From Octopus vulgaris (lineage: Eukaryota): 64,000 nt of DNA. How positions within the stretch are numbered: position 1 is the first letter of the stretch; each line of letters opens with the position of its first letter. Where the stretch lies: the NCBI GenBank assembly GCA_951406725.2, contig OX597820.1:87420001-87484000 (forward strand), given 5' to 3'. Shown piece after piece: positions 61,233 to 64,000 of this stretch. Below the pieces are notes generated by a model that ran no database searches, had not been told where the DNA came from, and saw nothing but the letters and a program-made list of their open reading frames with translations. Both the position numbers and the translations under genes were made by a program.

Positions 61233-61561
61233 TCATCAATAAATCTAAAATTAATTCAACAATTGATTTACTCCTGAAATTCCATAACATCAATTTACCT
61301 TGTTGCAAGCATTGCTGAGTGGTTAAAAAGTTAGCTTAGCAACTATATGGTTCTAGGTTCAATTTCATTGTACAGCATCTTGGGTAAGTGTATTTTACCA
61401 TAGCTTTGAATTGAGCAAATCTTTTTGAGTGAAATTTGATAAATGGAATCTATGTGGAAACCCTTGTGAGTGGCTGATTCAGTTGCAGTTTAAAGTTTCC
61501 TTTGCAGGTGTCATTATTTCAGAACTGAATCGTCAGTCCATGACAACGTCAGAATATACAA

Positions 61562-61633
61562 CCAAATTCTGTTCAGGTACGTGATGTTGATAAGACGAAA
61601 CATCGATGTCTGTCGCTCTTGAATGGGATTTGG
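61562..61633 (+). ncRNA. Hammerhead monomer 1 duplicate, stem II deleted (likely inactive)
   Basis: caggUAC-GUGAUG-UUGAUAA-GAC-GAAA-CAUCGAUG-UC-UGUCGC-U-CUUGAAUGGGAUUUGG. Confidence 0.7.
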
Positions 61634-61895
61634 GGCGAGTTGACTCGCTTGGCTATGACTTTCAGATATTTTATGCAGCGCTTTGAGATAGTCATCCTAA
61701 TCGTGCTAAATCGCAGCCTACCGGCAAAAGAGACGGGATCGTTTATTGAGTATGTGAGGTCAATACTGTTTGCAACACTAGCGCTGTTCTTTTAAATCAT
61801 ATCTGAATTTATTCTTACGTATGCATTGTCAGGGCATACCAGCAAATGGTTTTTACACTATTTGCATATACTCATGGAGCGGCAATTCAGTTCAA

Positions 61896-62062
61896 CACAC
61901 GCAAGCAGGTATCTGACTCATACACTGTTCACCTTCCAGACATTTGTACATTAGTGCATATACTTTATACGCACCTTTTGACAAGTTGTGGTGCACCTGA
62001 GCACTGTATACATCATCGTCGTCATCATTATTATCATTATTATTATTATTATTATTATTATA
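61896..62062 (+). mobile_element. CR1 3'-UTR tail inserted in the hammerhead repeat monomer
   Basis: Matches 6220-6356. Empty site ttcaac|tccaattcgg at ~49294. Confidence 0.88.
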
Positions 62063-62066
62063 CAAA

Positions 62067-62143
62067 CTCCAATTCGGTTCAGGTACGTGATGTTGATAAG
62101 CCACAAAGCATCGATGTCCAGCGCTCCTGAAAAGGATTTGGGG
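62067..62143 (+). ncRNA. Hammerhead monomer 2 duplicate, GAAA core deleted (inactive)
   Basis: caggUAC-GUGAUG-UUGAUAA-GCCACAAAG-CAUCGAUG-UC-CAGCGC-U-CCUGAA. Confidence 0.65.
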
Positions 62144-63284
62144 TGGATTGTCTCACCTGTCTATCACTTTCAGGTGTTTTAACCCGCTCGCTTTGAAAGA
62201 GTCATCCTACCGTGTTACTTCCCAGACTACAGGCAGATATGCAGAGCATACGTGTAATAGATAAGGTTTACAAAACTAGCGTTGCTTCTAGTTCATATTT
62301 GAATAGTGATTGTCGACGCCGACAATTACGGCTAACACGGTTGAGTGAACACGTCTAGTGATTATCCCAAACGATCAAGGCTCTCGTTCTCTCATTTTAA
62401 TTTGACGAGTGATAGAGTGGACAGGAATTGTGTGATAGAGTGGACAGGATAGAGTGGACAGGAATTGTGTGTATGTCTAGTGGCTGAATGCTTGCAATTT
62501 GCATGTACCTATGTAGGCATAAAATTTTGATATTCACTTAATTCGTGCGTTAGTTCCATACAAGAAAAGTCTTGACTGTACCCACAGTCAACTGTGTACA
62601 GTCAATGTGTCAAATGACAGAATGAGTTTGTGCGTGAGTAGTTATTGGTGAATATACTTTGTTAATGTTTATTCAGTTTTGGTTTGTATTTTGGTACGAA
62701 TATATTTTCGTTGTTCATTCGTATTTGACCTGTGGTATTGACTGAACAAAGGTAAGGTGGGGAGACTTGGAACTTGGTGGGGAACTTTTTTGGCACATAT
62801 GTCTAGGTTTCACTTAGTGAGATATGTCAGGTACTGGATCCTCGTATTTGTTGACGATGAGTATTTAGTCTGTTTCTTCTACACTTGACAGATTAAATTC
62901 AGGTAGCTTTCAACTCGTTCACTCAACCGTATCAGCCTCAGGTTACAGAGCCAAAAAATATTGTCATGTAACATTAACGCACGGACATACTGGGGAACTT
63001 ATAAAAAATTCTAAGCCTAATTACATAATCATCCTTCGCTAATCAAATTGTATCCTAGAGAAATATTAATTTGAGTCATGTTCTCTCTATAAAAACAAGA
63101 GAATTTTCGAACTCCCGCCAGAAACAAGACAGTTGCAGCAGAGCCCCACGTCTTTCTATTTCAACGTTTGAAAATGAGAAAAATCTATGAAACCGGTTAA
63201 GCCTTTAAAAATAAACCACTTAAAAGACGCCCAGGGCATATTCTACTTCTTTTTTCTATATTTCTACCCGTGTTGAATAAGATG

Positions 63285-63315
<31 letters not shown>

Positions 63316-63319
<4 letters not shown>

Positions 63320-63637
63320 ATCCAAACATGAAAACACAAAGAGAAAACACAACAACGCTAGGACGTGGAACAAATATAGTATTATTGGACGCTCAGGAAG
63401 GAAGGGAAGAAGGAGGGTTTAACGTTTCGAGCGGAGCTCTTCGTCAGAAACATAAGAAAAGGAAAGATCCAGAAAAGGGAAGACGGAGGAGAAAAAATCG
63501 CCAACGGTACACACGCGGTCACGGGACAAGAACGCAAAACATCTAGAGAGTTAGGTGATACAAAAAAGGGGACAACAAAACATCCAGACAGACTATACAA
63601 AGAGAACAAGGGTGAGTCATTCGGAGTTTTCTATCCT
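63316..63637 (-). mobile_element. Short Penelope-like element with minimal hammerhead (63417-63451), duplicate of 50906-51227
   Basis: Minus strand GUUU-CUGACGA-A-GAGC(UCC)GCUC-GAAA-CGUU-AAAC. Confidence 0.72.
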
Positions 63638-64000
63638 ATACATACATACATACATACATACATACATACATACATACATACATACATGAGTGACGTAGAA
63701 ACTTTACAGTTATAAAAATAGAATGAGAGAGAGGGACTCTGATATGGAGACAGACACATTAATCAAAGTGCTTTTAATTATACTTACAAGCAATAAACAT
63801 GAGCTGAGTAAAAAACTTAATAAGGAAAGTAAAGTTATAAGCCACTCCTCATAAATTTACATCTTCATACGTTCATATATCCACTCACAGACACTCGAGC
63901 ATATTTACGTTTATGATGCACAGGTGTGTTCAAATGCATTTGTGCGCATGTATGAATATAGACGGATATTTAAAATGTAGATGTAGATAAATTGACATAC

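Overview
AT-rich, repeat-dense eukaryotic DNA. Its SINE/LINE/MITE content looks like an Octopus (coleoid cephalopod) genome, which is an inference from repeat families. The only intact host genes are four tandem minus-strand cysteine-type, omega-like glutathione S-transferases (9532-10197, 26482-27147, 41196-41861, 56091-56753). Each has an intronless CDS preceded by a 5'-UTR splice acceptor, and they sit in 15-17 kb tandem duplication units. Copy 2 reads as an unequal-crossover chimera of copies 1 and 3. Copy 3 has a Glu-to-Arg change at the glutathione-binding ES motif. Comparing the units gives filled and empty sites for many insertions: CR1, RTE and CRE LINE remnants, hAT and Chapaev transposase fossils, Helitrons, Merlin- and piggyBac-type MITEs, and tRNA-derived SINEs. 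The most unexpected signal is non-coding: three distinct hammerhead-ribozyme (HHR) families. One is a 346-bp tandem repeat whose monomers each carry an extended Schistosoma-type type I hammerhead with a U3-A8 core variant, a candidate cephalopod retrozyme. The other two are Penelope-type minimal hammerheads in elements inserted at microsatellites. All alignments and folds were done by eye, so boundaries are approximate unless a TSD or empty site is cited.
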